A DNA stretch of 64,000 nucleotides from Parachlamydiales bacterium (GCA_963765145.1 CAVXVG010000029.1:128001-192000), one strand, 5' to 3'. Counted from the first letter of the stretch, positions 9,556-19,343 are shown. The notes: generated by a model from the sequence alone, not told the origin. Numbers and translations are program-made.

Positions 9556-10584
9556 GTGGTAAGGATCGGTGCCATTATGGGTAGCAAATTTTTCTTCAGC
9601 TTAAGTTCTATTAAACCTCTAAAAAATGCATCGGGGGGAAGTATTACGTATGTCACTGAAAATGAAGTTCCTGGATTTGTCAACATCTCGTTTGCGGCTT
9701 TAAAGCTGGACCCAAGGGGCTCGTTGGAGCCTATTTGGCATCCAAATGCCAACAAAATTGGATATTGCTTAGAAGGCAAGGCTATTATCTCTATCCGCAG
9801 CCCTAGCAGCTCTGATGTTTTCACTGTGAAAAAAGGGGACATCTTTTTTGTACCGCAGGGCTATGTTCACCATATTTTTAATGCTGGCGACCAAACGGCA
9901 ACCATTCACTTTGCGCTGAACCATGCCGAACCTGAAACCATGACCCTTTCGAATGCTGTCTATTCCATCTCAGACAACGTCTTCAACTCCACATTCAACA
10001 CGCCATCAGGTTTTGTTGAAGGGTTGAAAAAAGGGAAAAATCGTGATCTGATTAAAACTCTCCCTGCACAAAAAGAGGGCGAAAAATGCATTTCCAGTCG
10101 TTATAAATTTAACATTGAAGCTAGCAGCAAGCCAATTTTGACAAAAGGGGGGTATGTTCAACTGGGAACAAAACAAAACCTTCCAATGCTCTCCGGACTT
10201 GGCATTTTAGGCTTTGGATTAAACCCTAAAGGAATTGTAGAACCTCATTGGCATACCAATGCTGGCGAGCTTGTTTACATTGTTCGCGGTCAGACTCGTA
10301 TTACCGTGGCCTCTCCCGATGGCAAAACGGAGGTATTAAATGTGAATGCAGGCCAAGGTGCTTTTGCCCCTGCTTCCCATTTTCACAATATTGAAAATGT
10401 TGGGGACGAAGACGTTGAGGTGATCGCTTTCTTCAGTCATGAAGACCCAGATTATATTGGAATTGGCGAGGTGGTTGGCTCTTATTCAAACGACCTACTA
10501 GGATCGCTCTTCAATGTCCCCTCTTCCTACTTTGATACTTTCAAAAAACCCACAGGACCTCTAGTCATCGTTCCGATCGTTTAA
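9556..10584 (+). CDS. bicupin protein, oxalate decarboxylase-like
   Basis: Two cupin domains (EPIWHPNANK...GYVHHIFN; EPHWHTNAGEL...HFHNIEN). Confidence 0.8.
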   Translation: MVRIGAIMGSKFFFSLSSIKPLKNASGGSITYVTENEVPGFVNISFAALKLDPRGSLEPIWHPNANKIGYCLEGKAIISIRSPSSSDVFTVKKGDIFFVPQGYVHHIFNAGDQTATIHFALNHAEPETMTLSNAVYSISDNVFNSTFNTPSGFVEGLKKGKNRDLIKTLPAQKEGEKCISSRYKFNIEASSKPILTKGGYVQLGTKQNLPMLSGLGILGFGLNPKGIVEPHWHTNAGELVYIVRGQTRITVASPDGKTEVLNVNAGQGAFAPASHFHNIENVGDEDVEVIAFFSHEDPDYIGIGEVVGSYSNDLLGSLFNVPSSYFDTFKKPTGPLVIVPIV

Positions 10585-10721
10585 GAACTTTATTTTTTTC
10601 TTCAGTTTTTAACAACAATCCATCAAGCGCATTATTTATCTCTTGAGAAGAGTAAATTAAATAGATAAGATTAGGAGCAACAAACGCATTTGCAGTTTGC
10701 AATAACATGAAGGAGAAACAG

Positions 10722-10868
10722 ATGAAATCATCATTCACTAAATGGACACTGTCAGTTTTAGGGGTTTGCCTCTTGACAGCTTGTTGCCTTGCCACAGCAT
10801 CAACAATGCTGGAATCGACACATCAGTGCGCTGCTTGCAAATGCCCTGGCAAATGCAAATGTAAGTAG
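10722..10868 (+). CDS. 48 aa secreted Cys-rich peptide (not in ORF track)
   Basis: AAGGAGA RBS; MKSSFTKWTLSVLGVCLLTACCLATASTMLESTHQCAACKCPGKCKCK*; followed by a terminator. Confidence 0.7.
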   Translation: MKSSFTKWTLSVLGVCLLTACCLATASTMLESTHQCAACKCPGKCKCK

Positions 10869-10877
10869 TTGAACTAG

Positions 10878-10904
10878 AAGGGGGATTTAAATCCCCTTTT
10901 TTTT
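10878..10904 (+). terminator. intrinsic terminator between convergent small genes
   Basis: GGGGATTT/AAATCCCC hairpin followed by T8. Confidence 0.7.
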
Positions 10905-11052
10905 AATGTCTTTTAAAATATTGAATTTCTCTCTCGTGTTTCATGGCAGCTTCTTTAGTATCGAACGTGCCTAAATTTCTCCGCTTGCCTGTTTTTGGGT
11001 TTACGGAACGAGAGTAAAGACGATATTTTCCCGATTTTAGCTTGTGAAGCAT
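10903..11052 (-). CDS. 49 aa basic conserved-hypothetical protein (not in ORF track)
   Basis: MLHKLKSGKYRLYSRSVNPKTGKRRNLGTFDTKEAAMKHEREIQYFKRH*, with GGAGGTG RBS. Confidence 0.8.
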   Translation of the reverse strand: MLHKLKSGKYRLYSRSVNPKTGKRRNLGTFDTKEAAMKHEREIQYFKRH

Positions 11053-11209
11053 GTGTCACCTCCCTGTCTATTTATATGTTGAGCCATCAAGATAAATTTT
11101 CCATTAAAATATCTACCTCACAAACAACTAATAATCAATAGATTGTAACAGGTTGATTTTACATCATTTCCGGTAGTATGATCCAGAGCCACATCCGGAA
11201 AAATATATT

Positions 11210-12982
11210 GTGGTTACCTATAAAGAGCTTATTAGATTTATTTGGCAATTTATCCGACGGCAAAAAGGGCTTTTTGGCTTTATTTTCTTGCTGGATGCTG
11301 TTGCCTGGCCAATGGATGCAATGGTATGGCCTTACATTGTCAATGTCGTTGTCGGAATTTTCACCCGCTTTGAAGCAGATCGTGCCGCAGCATGGCAAGC
11401 CTTGCAAGGGCCGATCGTCGGAGCCATTTGTTTAATTCTCTTCGTTGAAGTTGCCTCGCGATCAATGGGTTTTTTACTCGGCAAAGCCCTTCCCAAGTTA
11501 CAAGCCGATATCCGGATGGAGATGTTTGATCATATCCAACGCCACTCCCCTCGCTATTTTAACGAACGGTTTTCCGGAAGCCTTGCAAACAAGATCACCG
11601 ACATGACCACACAGGTTGAAATGATCCTGAGGCAATTATTTTGGCCTATCATTCCTGCGACTGTCGCATCCATAGTTGGCTGCGTTATTCTTTGGTTTAT
11701 CAGCCCGATTTTTGCCTTCATTCTTTTCGCTTGGATTTTGATCCATTTGGGCATTACTTTGACATTTACTCGCACGATCGACGCTTATGAACACCGGCAT
11801 GGAGAAGCGCGCAGCACTTTATTAGGCAAAATTGTCGATAGTTTTACCAATAACTTTGCCGTTAATCTCTTCTATCGCTTTCAAAAAGAAAAAAGCACGA
11901 TTGCCTCCTATCAACAAGAAGAAGAAACAACGAATATTCGGGCTCAGCAATATACCGAAAGGATGTCTTGCTTCACCTCATTGTCTTTTTTTCTTGGCGC
12001 TTTTCTATGTATGAACGGCTCTTTGATCTATTTTTGGCTTCATTATTACATTACAACGGGCCAAGCCATTCAAGTCTTTATGACAGTCTGGAGTATCACC
12101 GCCATCATGTGGGTGATAGGCCGATCAGTACCTTTAATTTTTCAATCCTTTGGTACCTTGAAACAGGCCTACAGCCTGATGCAAGACAAGGAAGATTTGG
12201 GTAATAAGCAAGATGCAAGACCCTTGCAGGTCTCTTCCGGCCAAATTGCCTTTGACAACGTCTCATTTCAATATGGAGAAACGAAGTTATTCGAAAACAA
12301 GCATGTAGAAATCGACGGTGGAGAGCGTGTAGGACTTGTTGGCTATACCGGAGCAGGAAAGTCCACCTTTGTCAGCCTAATTTTACGTTTTTTCCCTCTC
12401 AATCAGGGGAAAATCGTGATTGATGGACAAGATATTGCTAGTGTTTCTTTAGAGTCACTCCGAAGTCAAATTGCATTGATTCCTCAAGATCCTGTTCTTT
12501 TTCATCGTACGATAAAAGAGAACATTGCCTATGGAAACCTCACAGCAACCGAAGAAGAAATAGTGCAAGCAGCAAAGCTTGCCCACTGCGACGAGTTTAT
12601 CCGAAAAATCCCTAAAGGCTACGAAGCAAAAGTGGGCGAGCGGGGGACGAAACTATCAGGCGGAGAAAAACAACGCATTGCGATTGCAAGGGCCATTTTG
12701 GCTGACGCCCCGATCCTTATTTTGGATGAAGCTACCTCCTCTTTAGATTCTGTTACAGAAAGATACATCCAAGAAAGTCTAGATCAGCTGATGCAAAATC
12801 GTACCACTCTTGTCATTGCCCACCGTCTTTCTACCCTTTCTCGAATGGATCGCATTTTAGTCTTCGATAAGGGTAAAATTGTCGAAGAAGGCACACACAC
12901 TGCATTACTTGGCAAAGAGGGGCTCTACGCCAAGATGTGGAAAATGCAGGTGGGTGGTTTTTTACCCGAGGTCCCTGCGTGA
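11210..12982 (+). CDS. ABC exporter, fused permease/ATP-binding (MsbA/MdlB-like)
   Basis: TM domain, Walker A GYTGAGKS, LSGGEKQR, ILILDEATS. Confidence 0.95.
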   Translation: MVTYKELIRFIWQFIRRQKGLFGFIFLLDAVAWPMDAMVWPYIVNVVVGIFTRFEADRAAAWQALQGPIVGAICLILFVEVASRSMGFLLGKALPKLQADIRMEMFDHIQRHSPRYFNERFSGSLANKITDMTTQVEMILRQLFWPIIPATVASIVGCVILWFISPIFAFILFAWILIHLGITLTFTRTIDAYEHRHGEARSTLLGKIVDSFTNNFAVNLFYRFQKEKSTIASYQQEEETTNIRAQQYTERMSCFTSLSFFLGAFLCMNGSLIYFWLHYYITTGQAIQVFMTVWSITAIMWVIGRSVPLIFQSFGTLKQAYSLMQDKEDLGNKQDARPLQVSSGQIAFDNVSFQYGETKLFENKHVEIDGGERVGLVGYTGAGKSTFVSLILRFFPLNQGKIVIDGQDIASVSLESLRSQIALIPQDPVLFHRTIKENIAYGNLTATEEEIVQAAKLAHCDEFIRKIPKGYEAKVGERGTKLSGGEKQRIAIARAILADAPILILDEATSSLDSVTERYIQESLDQLMQNRTTLVIAHRLSTLSRMDRILVFDKGKIVEEGTHTALLGKEGLYAKMWKMQVGGFLPEVPA

Positions 12983-13021
12983 CAGTAGATCAAAAAATGT
13001 TAGCCTTATTCTTAATTTTAA

Positions 13022-14530
13022 ATGGATGCATCCAAAATGAGCTTTAAACCATCCCCATTGATTCAACACCTTGCCGTCACCTGCAAAGGAGATGGGCAGA
13101 TCCGAGACGATGGACAGCAGATCACTTGGTGGAATCGCACCGTCGATTATTTCAAAGGCCGCTCCCCTCGCCATCATTTTGCACATGTGCTCGCCAATTT
13201 GAACTTACAAGATTCAGGGCAAACAAGCATAGAAATCCTTGGCAGGTGCATCCAAATATCCGCAAAAGTAAGTAAAAAATTAAACACTAGCAATGAAACG
13301 TCAAAAACCTATCGTTATAATGAGCTTGATGCGCTTAGTAACATTGACCGCTTGAAAGTGGCAGTCTATGGTAGCGTGAATGAAGACAATGTTGAAGAGG
13401 TAGTAAAACCCATTTTTGCTAAATTCGAGCAAGCGGCCAAGACGCAAGATCGGGCGCTGCTAGAACGTGGCATTCGAGAGTTAAAGCCCCTTGTCGAGTA
13501 TCATAGCGTGCTAAATGCCCCCGTTGCTCGCCAAATAATCAACCTGTGGATGACGCATCAGAGCAGGTTCGAATACAGGGAGAGCAGCAGCTTTTTGTCG
13601 CGTGTATATCGTTATGCGATCAGTCTGTTTTTCAAAACCTCTCCGGTCAATGTCATAGAAAGCGTTAAAAATGCCATAGTTTTTCCAACGCCATTAACAC
13701 TTGACAAGCCTGCGTCTCCAGCGCCATTAGCACCTCGCAAGCCTGTCCTTCCACCTCCTAAGCGTCGTCAGAGGCCTTTGCCGGCAATGTATGGGCATGT
13801 GTTTGGGACAGTGCGTAAAAACTCCTTGGTGGAAGGGCTGCACACTAAACCTCCATTAGAAGGAATACAGCAGCTAATGGTGCAGGTAAGTAAGATCGAA
13901 GATAGTAGAGATGTTACCTCTAAGGCTCTCCGTGCTATCTTGTGGGCACAAATATGCGCAAAACTGTTTAATGTAAAAAACTCTTTTTTACTGACAGTGA
14001 CCAGTGCATTTAGTGTGTTTGATAACAGTAATAACAGCAACGAAGATCTTTTAGAGAATTTCTTGGACTCAGTTTGCAGTGATGACACTTTGAGCATCAA
14101 GTACTCCGACCTTCTCCGTAAAGCATTGGATAGTACAACAAAAGCAGACGACATCGAAGAGGCCATCATTTGCGATGCTTCAGTTGTTTGCGGCGCCCAG
14201 AAAACTAAAAATACTGATTTCGACTTCCTATACTTCGACAAAACAAATACAAAGGATTTGAAGAACTTGTATAAGGAAATGAAGAACTTAAAGAAAGTTC
14301 TCACTTTAGGTGGCCTCGATGTAGTCTACACTGATAAAGATCATTATGGGAACCTCATCGCATTAGTGAAGCACCTGCACGCCAAGAACAAAACACTCTT
14401 TAAAACGTTGATGTCGCTTCTGCCGGAGGATGTGACGCCTCCTCCCTCTGAAGGGAAGAATGCTGCGCTAGAAGACGCGATTACTCTTATGGCGACCAAG
14501 ATACAGCGCAAAGCGATCAAATTTGAATGA
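13022..14530 (+). CDS. hypothetical protein with Pro-rich linker (possible effector)
   Basis: 502 aa ORF; PASPAPLAPRKPVLPPPKRR linker. Confidence 0.7.
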   Translation: MDASKMSFKPSPLIQHLAVTCKGDGQIRDDGQQITWWNRTVDYFKGRSPRHHFAHVLANLNLQDSGQTSIEILGRCIQISAKVSKKLNTSNETSKTYRYNELDALSNIDRLKVAVYGSVNEDNVEEVVKPIFAKFEQAAKTQDRALLERGIRELKPLVEYHSVLNAPVARQIINLWMTHQSRFEYRESSSFLSRVYRYAISLFFKTSPVNVIESVKNAIVFPTPLTLDKPASPAPLAPRKPVLPPPKRRQRPLPAMYGHVFGTVRKNSLVEGLHTKPPLEGIQQLMVQVSKIEDSRDVTSKALRAILWAQICAKLFNVKNSFLLTVTSAFSVFDNSNNSNEDLLENFLDSVCSDDTLSIKYSDLLRKALDSTTKADDIEEAIICDASVVCGAQKTKNTDFDFLYFDKTNTKDLKNLYKEMKNLKKVLTLGGLDVVYTDKDHYGNLIALVKHLHAKNKTLFKTLMSLLPEDVTPPPSEGKNAALEDAITLMATKIQRKAIKFE

Positions 14531-14552
14531 TCTTATCGCCTCCGGACGCCGC

Positions 14553-15134
14553 ATGACAGATACTCAATTTCTAGAAGATCAACAGGTTTTATCTGTCGAT
14601 TTTTCAGGTAAGTCGCTGGAAGGCGATACCTACATCAAATGCCAGTTCAAAAACTGCAATTTCTCTGACACCCTATTGAGAGGTGCAAAATTCATCTCTT
14701 GCACCTTCAAGAGCTGCAATTTTAGCCTCGCAAAAATGGAAGGGTGCCGTTTTCAAGATGCAACATTTATAGACTCCAAAGTTGTTGGCGGGGCTTTTTT
14801 CAAATGTGAAAGGATCCTTTTTTCGGTTAACTTTACAGGCAGCACTCTTCTTTACTGCAACTTTTCAGAGCTCAATTTGAAGGGCGTCCATTTTAAACGG
14901 TGCACCTTGAAAGAGTGCCATTTTTCTAATACACAACTTTCTGGGGCAAGTTTTGAAGAGACCGATCTTTCGGGCACTCTCTTTCACAACTCAGATTTAT
15001 CTAATGTCAATTTTGCCAGTGCCACACACTACAACATCGATCCCCGTACCAACAAAATTAAGCATGCCAAATTTTCCCTTCTCGAGGCAGTAGGTCTTCT
15101 ACAAGCCTTTGAAATCACTATTGTCGACCTTTAG
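14553..15134 (+). CDS. pentapeptide repeat protein
   Basis: Tandem CxFxx/AxFxx pentapeptides; NKIKHAKFS C-terminal motif. Confidence 0.9.
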   Translation: MTDTQFLEDQQVLSVDFSGKSLEGDTYIKCQFKNCNFSDTLLRGAKFISCTFKSCNFSLAKMEGCRFQDATFIDSKVVGGAFFKCERILFSVNFTGSTLLYCNFSELNLKGVHFKRCTLKECHFSNTQLSGASFEETDLSGTLFHNSDLSNVNFASATHYNIDPRTNKIKHAKFSLLEAVGLLQAFEITIVDL

Positions 15135-15158
15135 TTCAAGCAAATCTTCAACAACTAT

Positions 15159-15268
15159 AATGTAGCTTAGGACTTAGCCTGAGTTCGTTTTTGCGGTTTT
15201 TAACCCGCAATATTCCGGCAGGACTAAAGTCCTGAAAAACGAGCTCAGACTAAAGTCTAAGCTACATT
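15159..15268. repeat. repeat family C (inverted pair of GTAG-type REP hairpins, REPIN-like)
   Basis: AATGTAGCTTAG...CTAAGCTACATT flanked by TAT on both sides; related copies at 3665, 21701 and 43137. Confidence 0.85.
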
Positions 15269-15413
15269 TATTTGGAAAAGATGTCCACTTCCCTACGGGC
15301 CAAACAGTTGTTCGTGGCGTTGATCCCCTCAACGAGTTACACAAAAGTGTAAACAACGGGCCAGAAGAGATTGAGCTGATCATTATTCAGTTATTAAACG
15401 AGGTAAATGCAGA

Positions 15414-15581
15414 ATGACAGGCCAGCAAGAAGGCAATGTTTTTGGAGGGCACATGTTAGATGGTTGCCTTATCAATTCAACAGCAGAAGTTGTGGTAGAC
15501 GAAGCCAAGCACCTCTTCTTTTCACGAGAAAAAGATGCTGACACGGGCTACACAGAGCTTGTCGTCAACAGCAGACAATGA
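15414..15581 (+). pseudogene. C-terminal half of a PPC/DUF296 domain protein
   Basis: GNVFGGHMLDGCLINSTAEVVV...FSREKDADTGYTEL is the DUF296 C-terminal signature; N-terminal half missing. Confidence 0.65.
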
Positions 15582-15624
15582 GATTTTCACAAATCAACTT
15601 CTTTTCCAAGGTCTAGAAGTGATT

Positions 15625-15719
15625 CGCGAAGCGTTTGGAGTGCTAAACTCCTGTTTAGCTTTCACTTTCACTGATAAGTCAAAGCTAAACAGGAGTTTAG
15701 CACTCCAAACGCTAGCGCG
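15625..15719. repeat. repeat family A, uninterrupted copy (95 bp palindrome)
   Basis: CGCGAAGCGTTTGGAGTGCTAAACTCCTGTTTAGCTTT...AAAGCTAAACAGGAGTTTAGCACTCCAAACGCTAGCGCG. Confidence 0.9.
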
Positions 15720-15777
15720 AGATAACATTTTAATGAGTACGCCTACCCTAATTTGCAGTGTATGCTAACCTTAAGCT

Positions 15778-16374
15778 GTGGCAAAAATACCCCTATCCTT
15801 TTATGAGCACCACGATGTGGTCCAATTGAGCAGAGATTTGATTGGCAAATATCTGTTCACCTGTTTGGAGCCTGAAAATGTCGTGACAGGAGGGATGATC
15901 ATCGAAACAGAGGCCTACCGAGGTGTCGATGATCGAGCAAGCCACGCTTATAACAACAGAAGAACCCCAAGAACAGAGGTGATGTTTTCAAAAGGAGGTG
16001 TAGCTTACATCTATTTTTGTTACGGCATCCACCACCTTTTCAATGTGGTAACAAATAAGGAAGGGGTTCCACATGCAGTCTTAATACGGGCTATTCAGCC
16101 CGAAGTTGGCGTGGATGTAATGGTAAAAAGAAGAGGCAAAAAGAGCGCTATTCCTACTTTGACCTCGGGGCCGGGCTCTGTTTGCCAAGCCTTAGGAATG
16201 ACCAGAAAGCAAACTGGCATCTCGCTTACAAGTGACTCTATTTGGCTTGAAGATCGGGGCGTTTTCATCCCCGACGATAAAATCCAAGTCACTCCACGCA
16301 TTGGTGTTGACTATGCCAAAGAAGACGCCTTTAAACCGTGGCGATTTGTTCTGTCTAAAACAGCGTTAGCTTAA
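15778..16374 (+). CDS. mpg: DNA-3-methyladenine glycosylase (MPG/AAG family)
   Basis: IIETEAY, AYIYFCYGIH, AVLIRA, GPG, PRIG and PWRF motifs. Confidence 0.93.
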   Translation: MAKIPLSFYEHHDVVQLSRDLIGKYLFTCLEPENVVTGGMIIETEAYRGVDDRASHAYNNRRTPRTEVMFSKGGVAYIYFCYGIHHLFNVVTNKEGVPHAVLIRAIQPEVGVDVMVKRRGKKSAIPTLTSGPGSVCQALGMTRKQTGISLTSDSIWLEDRGVFIPDDKIQVTPRIGVDYAKEDAFKPWRFVLSKTALA

Positions 16375-17457
16375 TTTTGGCCAGTAGCGAGTGTGGCGAA
16401 GTTCGCCTGTTTTAACAAGGGCCCCTTTTTCAACGAGATCAGAGAGGTCTCTTGTCGCTGTGGCTTTTGACGCATGGGTGATCGAAATGTAATTTTCTGC
16501 ACTCAAGCCCCCTTTAAAACCTGTTGGCCCCTCTGCAAATAGGCGCAACAAGACCTTTTCTTGCCTCTCGTTGATTTTGCCTGCTAAAGCCGTAAGGATT
16601 TTGGATTTTTGAATTAAGAAGGAAAGAAGCTTCATAGACTCTTCTTGCCCTTCCAGCACAACATCTGCAAAAAATTCTACCCACTCTTGAACCTGCAACG
16701 TCCGGTTACACTTCTCAAGCGCTGCATAGTACTCTTTTTTTCTTGTCTCTAGTATTTTTGAAACAGCAATGAGAATGGGCCGTGAAACCCCTTGAGATAA
16801 TATTTTCTCTACCAATAGACGCCCAATTCTACCATTGCCATCTTCGAAAGGATGGATACTTTCAAAGTAAACATGGGCAATGGCTGCACGGCTCAAAATA
16901 ACTTCTGAGCTCTCCGTAGCGTTAAACCAACTGATGAATTGCTCCATCTCTTTAACCACTTGCTTCGACGGAGGCCCTTCAAAAAATACCTTTTGTGAGC
17001 CATATCGATTGGAAACTATTTGCATCGGTTCAGCATGCGTTCGGTACTTCCCAAGATCTTCAAGATCAGTAGATCCTTTAAAAAGAGTTGCATGCCAGTT
17101 AAAGAGCATTTCATGAGTCAAAGGTTGATCAAACGAGCTATAGACGTCGTATAACAGTTCAGCCATCCCCCACTCTTTGGGGCGTTTTTGTTTTTTTGAA
17201 GGCTGCAGACCAAAATGTTGCTTTATCGAAGATTGCAAACTTTCTCTATCGAGGATTTCTCCCTCGATTTTGGAGCTATCTATACCCTCAGCGCTCAAAA
17301 TATCTACGACGAATCGGTTATATTCGTCTTGGCCGATATTTTTTAAGAAAGCAAACGCACCACCTACGCCTAAAAGGAACTCCTTTTCCTGTTTAGCAAC
17401 GGCAGCTTGTTCAAATTTAAATTTGGGCCATTCGGCCAACTCCCAATTCCAAGACAT
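16366..17457 (-). CDS. Fic family protein with DUF4172 N-terminus and C-terminal winged HTH
   Basis: WNWELAEWPKF; Fic motif HPFEDGNGRIGR; SKATATRDLSDLV HTH. Confidence 0.92.
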   Translation of the reverse strand: MSWNWELAEWPKFKFEQAAVAKQEKEFLLGVGGAFAFLKNIGQDEYNRFVVDILSAEGIDSSKIEGEILDRESLQSSIKQHFGLQPSKKQKRPKEWGMAELLYDVYSSFDQPLTHEMLFNWHATLFKGSTDLEDLGKYRTHAEPMQIVSNRYGSQKVFFEGPPSKQVVKEMEQFISWFNATESSEVILSRAAIAHVYFESIHPFEDGNGRIGRLLVEKILSQGVSRPILIAVSKILETRKKEYYAALEKCNRTLQVQEWVEFFADVVLEGQEESMKLLSFLIQKSKILTALAGKINERQEKVLLRLFAEGPTGFKGGLSAENYISITHASKATATRDLSDLVEKGALVKTGELRHTRYWPKLS

Positions 17458-17531
17458 GAGTTATAGACAACCTCTCTATAACTCATATTTATAGGATTTT
17501 TTGAGTTATAGAACAAGGGTCTATAACTCAT
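17456..17531. promoter_or_regulatory. two tandem palindromic operator-like sites at the Fic gene start
   Basis: (A)TGAGTTATAGA-N7-TCTATAACTCAT at 17456-17486 and 17502-17531. Confidence 0.55.
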
Positions 17532-17558
17532 TTCCTCTTGTCTGGTAAATTGGTTGGT

Positions 17559-18665
17559 ATGATCGTTTACTCTAACAACATCGTCCGCTTCATCGAAGAG
17601 ATCAAGTTTGCAGTCAAAGAAACCCTGTCTAAAAAAGTGGGGTTAAAGGTAGTTGGAAATCGGTTCTACGATAAAGCTCAGAAATATTCGTATCCGATTA
17701 AGGTTGTCATCTTTAATAACAAAAAAATATTGGGCTACTATGACCCTGAATTTTATGAAATGGGGTTTCATGAATGCTTGATGCAAGGGTCAAGAGAACA
17801 ATTGCTTCATGTCATACAGCATGAGGTCGCCCATTACATGACTCACATCAGTTTTGGCCCACATACACAACCCCATGGCAGCGAGTTTAAAGCATTTTGT
17901 CTCAAAATGGGCTGGGACGAAGAAGTGTCTAGGGCAACCCTTTGTTTCGAAGAAGAGGGGGCAGACTTTATAGGCGTAAAAAGCGCTTTGTTTAGAAAGA
18001 TCGAAAAATTGATGGCCCTTTCAACGAGCAGCAATTCTTATGAAGCTGAACTTGCGTTATTAAAGTCTCAAGAGTTGGTTTTAAAGCACAATATCGACAC
18101 CACCTTTGCAACCGGTCAGCCTGAAGAGCAAATGCATCTCAAACGGATCATCAAAGCGAGAAGAGAAACTGCTAAGATGCGCTGCATCGCAAGAATATTA
18201 GAGACTTTTTTCGTAAACGTCATTTTTAACCGGGGTCAAGACTATACATACCTTGAAGTGCTAGGCGAAGAGGCCAACATCGAAATTGCCGAATACGTGG
18301 CAGGGTTTTTGGATCACGAATTAGAAAGCCTATGGAACCAGGTTCAAAAGAAAACCGGAATCAAAGGGGCGACCGCAAAGAACTCTTTTTTCTTAGGACT
18401 TGCCAAGGGGTACTGTGAAAAAATCCAAGCACTTAAACGTTCTTTTAAAGCGGAAACCAGCAAGGCCTTACTGGTCATAGAAAAAAAACTGGCAGACTCT
18501 GTATCGATGGCCTACCCTCGCCTGTCCACTTCACGCAGCAACGCAAACTTTTGTCCGGAGTCCTCCCTATTAGGCGAAAAAATGGGCAAAAATTTGAATA
18601 TTCACCCTTCTCTTCATCAACCTGCAAAAACTGTTAAACAATTAATCGGATTTTCAGTTAATTAA
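17559..18665 (+). CDS. SprT-like zinc metalloprotease fused to a DUF2786 domain
   Basis: HEVAH...PHGSEF; KIEKLMALSTSSNSYEAELALLKSQEL. Confidence 0.85.
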   Translation: MIVYSNNIVRFIEEIKFAVKETLSKKVGLKVVGNRFYDKAQKYSYPIKVVIFNNKKILGYYDPEFYEMGFHECLMQGSREQLLHVIQHEVAHYMTHISFGPHTQPHGSEFKAFCLKMGWDEEVSRATLCFEEEGADFIGVKSALFRKIEKLMALSTSSNSYEAELALLKSQELVLKHNIDTTFATGQPEEQMHLKRIIKARRETAKMRCIARILETFFVNVIFNRGQDYTYLEVLGEEANIEIAEYVAGFLDHELESLWNQVQKKTGIKGATAKNSFFLGLAKGYCEKIQALKRSFKAETSKALLVIEKKLADSVSMAYPRLSTSRSNANFCPESSLLGEKMGKNLNIHPSLHQPAKTVKQLIGFSVN

Positions 18666-18684
18666 TAAAAAAAGGGAGAATAAA

Positions 18685-18900
18685 ATGTCACGCAAGCACC
18701 ATAAAGACTCTAATGAACCTCAACCCCTTAATTTTGACAGGGATGAGAAAAAAGGACCTAGCGACCATTTAAAAAAACCCTTCCAAACCCCTGAAGAAGA
18801 GCGGGGCGACAACGAGGACGAGCAGTACTACGAAGAAGAGGAAGCTTTAAGCCCCGAAGAGGTCAAAGAGCGAAAAGAGGGCGATGATCTAATGGATTAA
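18685..18900 (+). CDS. small acidic hypothetical protein
   Basis: GGGAGA RBS; 71 aa. Confidence 0.6.
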   Translation: MSRKHHKDSNEPQPLNFDRDEKKGPSDHLKKPFQTPEEERGDNEDEQYYEEEEALSPEEVKERKEGDDLMD

Positions 18901-19237
18901 GTCCCTCTTTCTGGAACTTATACCAATCATAGCAGTTAACTTGTCATTTCAGCGCGTGAAAGCGCCGCGATTCAAAGATCTTAATCGAGATAGTATAGGG
19001 AATACAATCTCGATTAAGATCTTTGAATCCCGGCAGCTTTGACGCAGCTCAAATGACAAGTTAACTGCTATGATTGGTATTAGCTCCTTTCTTCCGAGCT
19101 TCTGATAAGCCAATTGCCACAGCTTGTTTTTTACTGGTGACCTTTTTATGGCTTCTTCCAGATTCTAAACTCCCTTCTTTCATTTCATGCATAGCTCTTT
19201 CAACCGACTTTTGAGCTTTTGGACCATATTTGTTCAT
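18897..19237 (-). CDS. DUF6496 family protein, 3' end interrupted by element I
   Basis: MNKYGPKAQKSVERAMHEMKEGSLESGRS...QAVAIGLSEARKKGA; original tail KVPERGT* lies beyond the element. Confidence 0.8.
18920..19080. mobile_element. 161 bp long-hairpin MITE-like element (family I)
   Basis: 30 bp perfect TIR ATACCAATCATAGCAGTTAACTTGTCATTT; inner arms GATTCAAAGATCTTAATCGAGAT/ATCTCGATTAAGATCTTTGAATC. Confidence 0.85.
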
Positions 19238-19343
19238 ACAGGCCTCCCTTATTCTATAGATCTCCACATCTTTATTTAAATATAAGTAAACAAACTAAAT
19301 ATAAATATTTAACTAAATTATTGTTTTATAATATAGTTTATAT

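Noticed and set aside
13768..14304. Long antisense ORFs (13768-14304, 44017-44559, 48229-48831 and others)
   Set aside because: They are shadows of better-supported genes on the opposite strand, with no motifs or RBS
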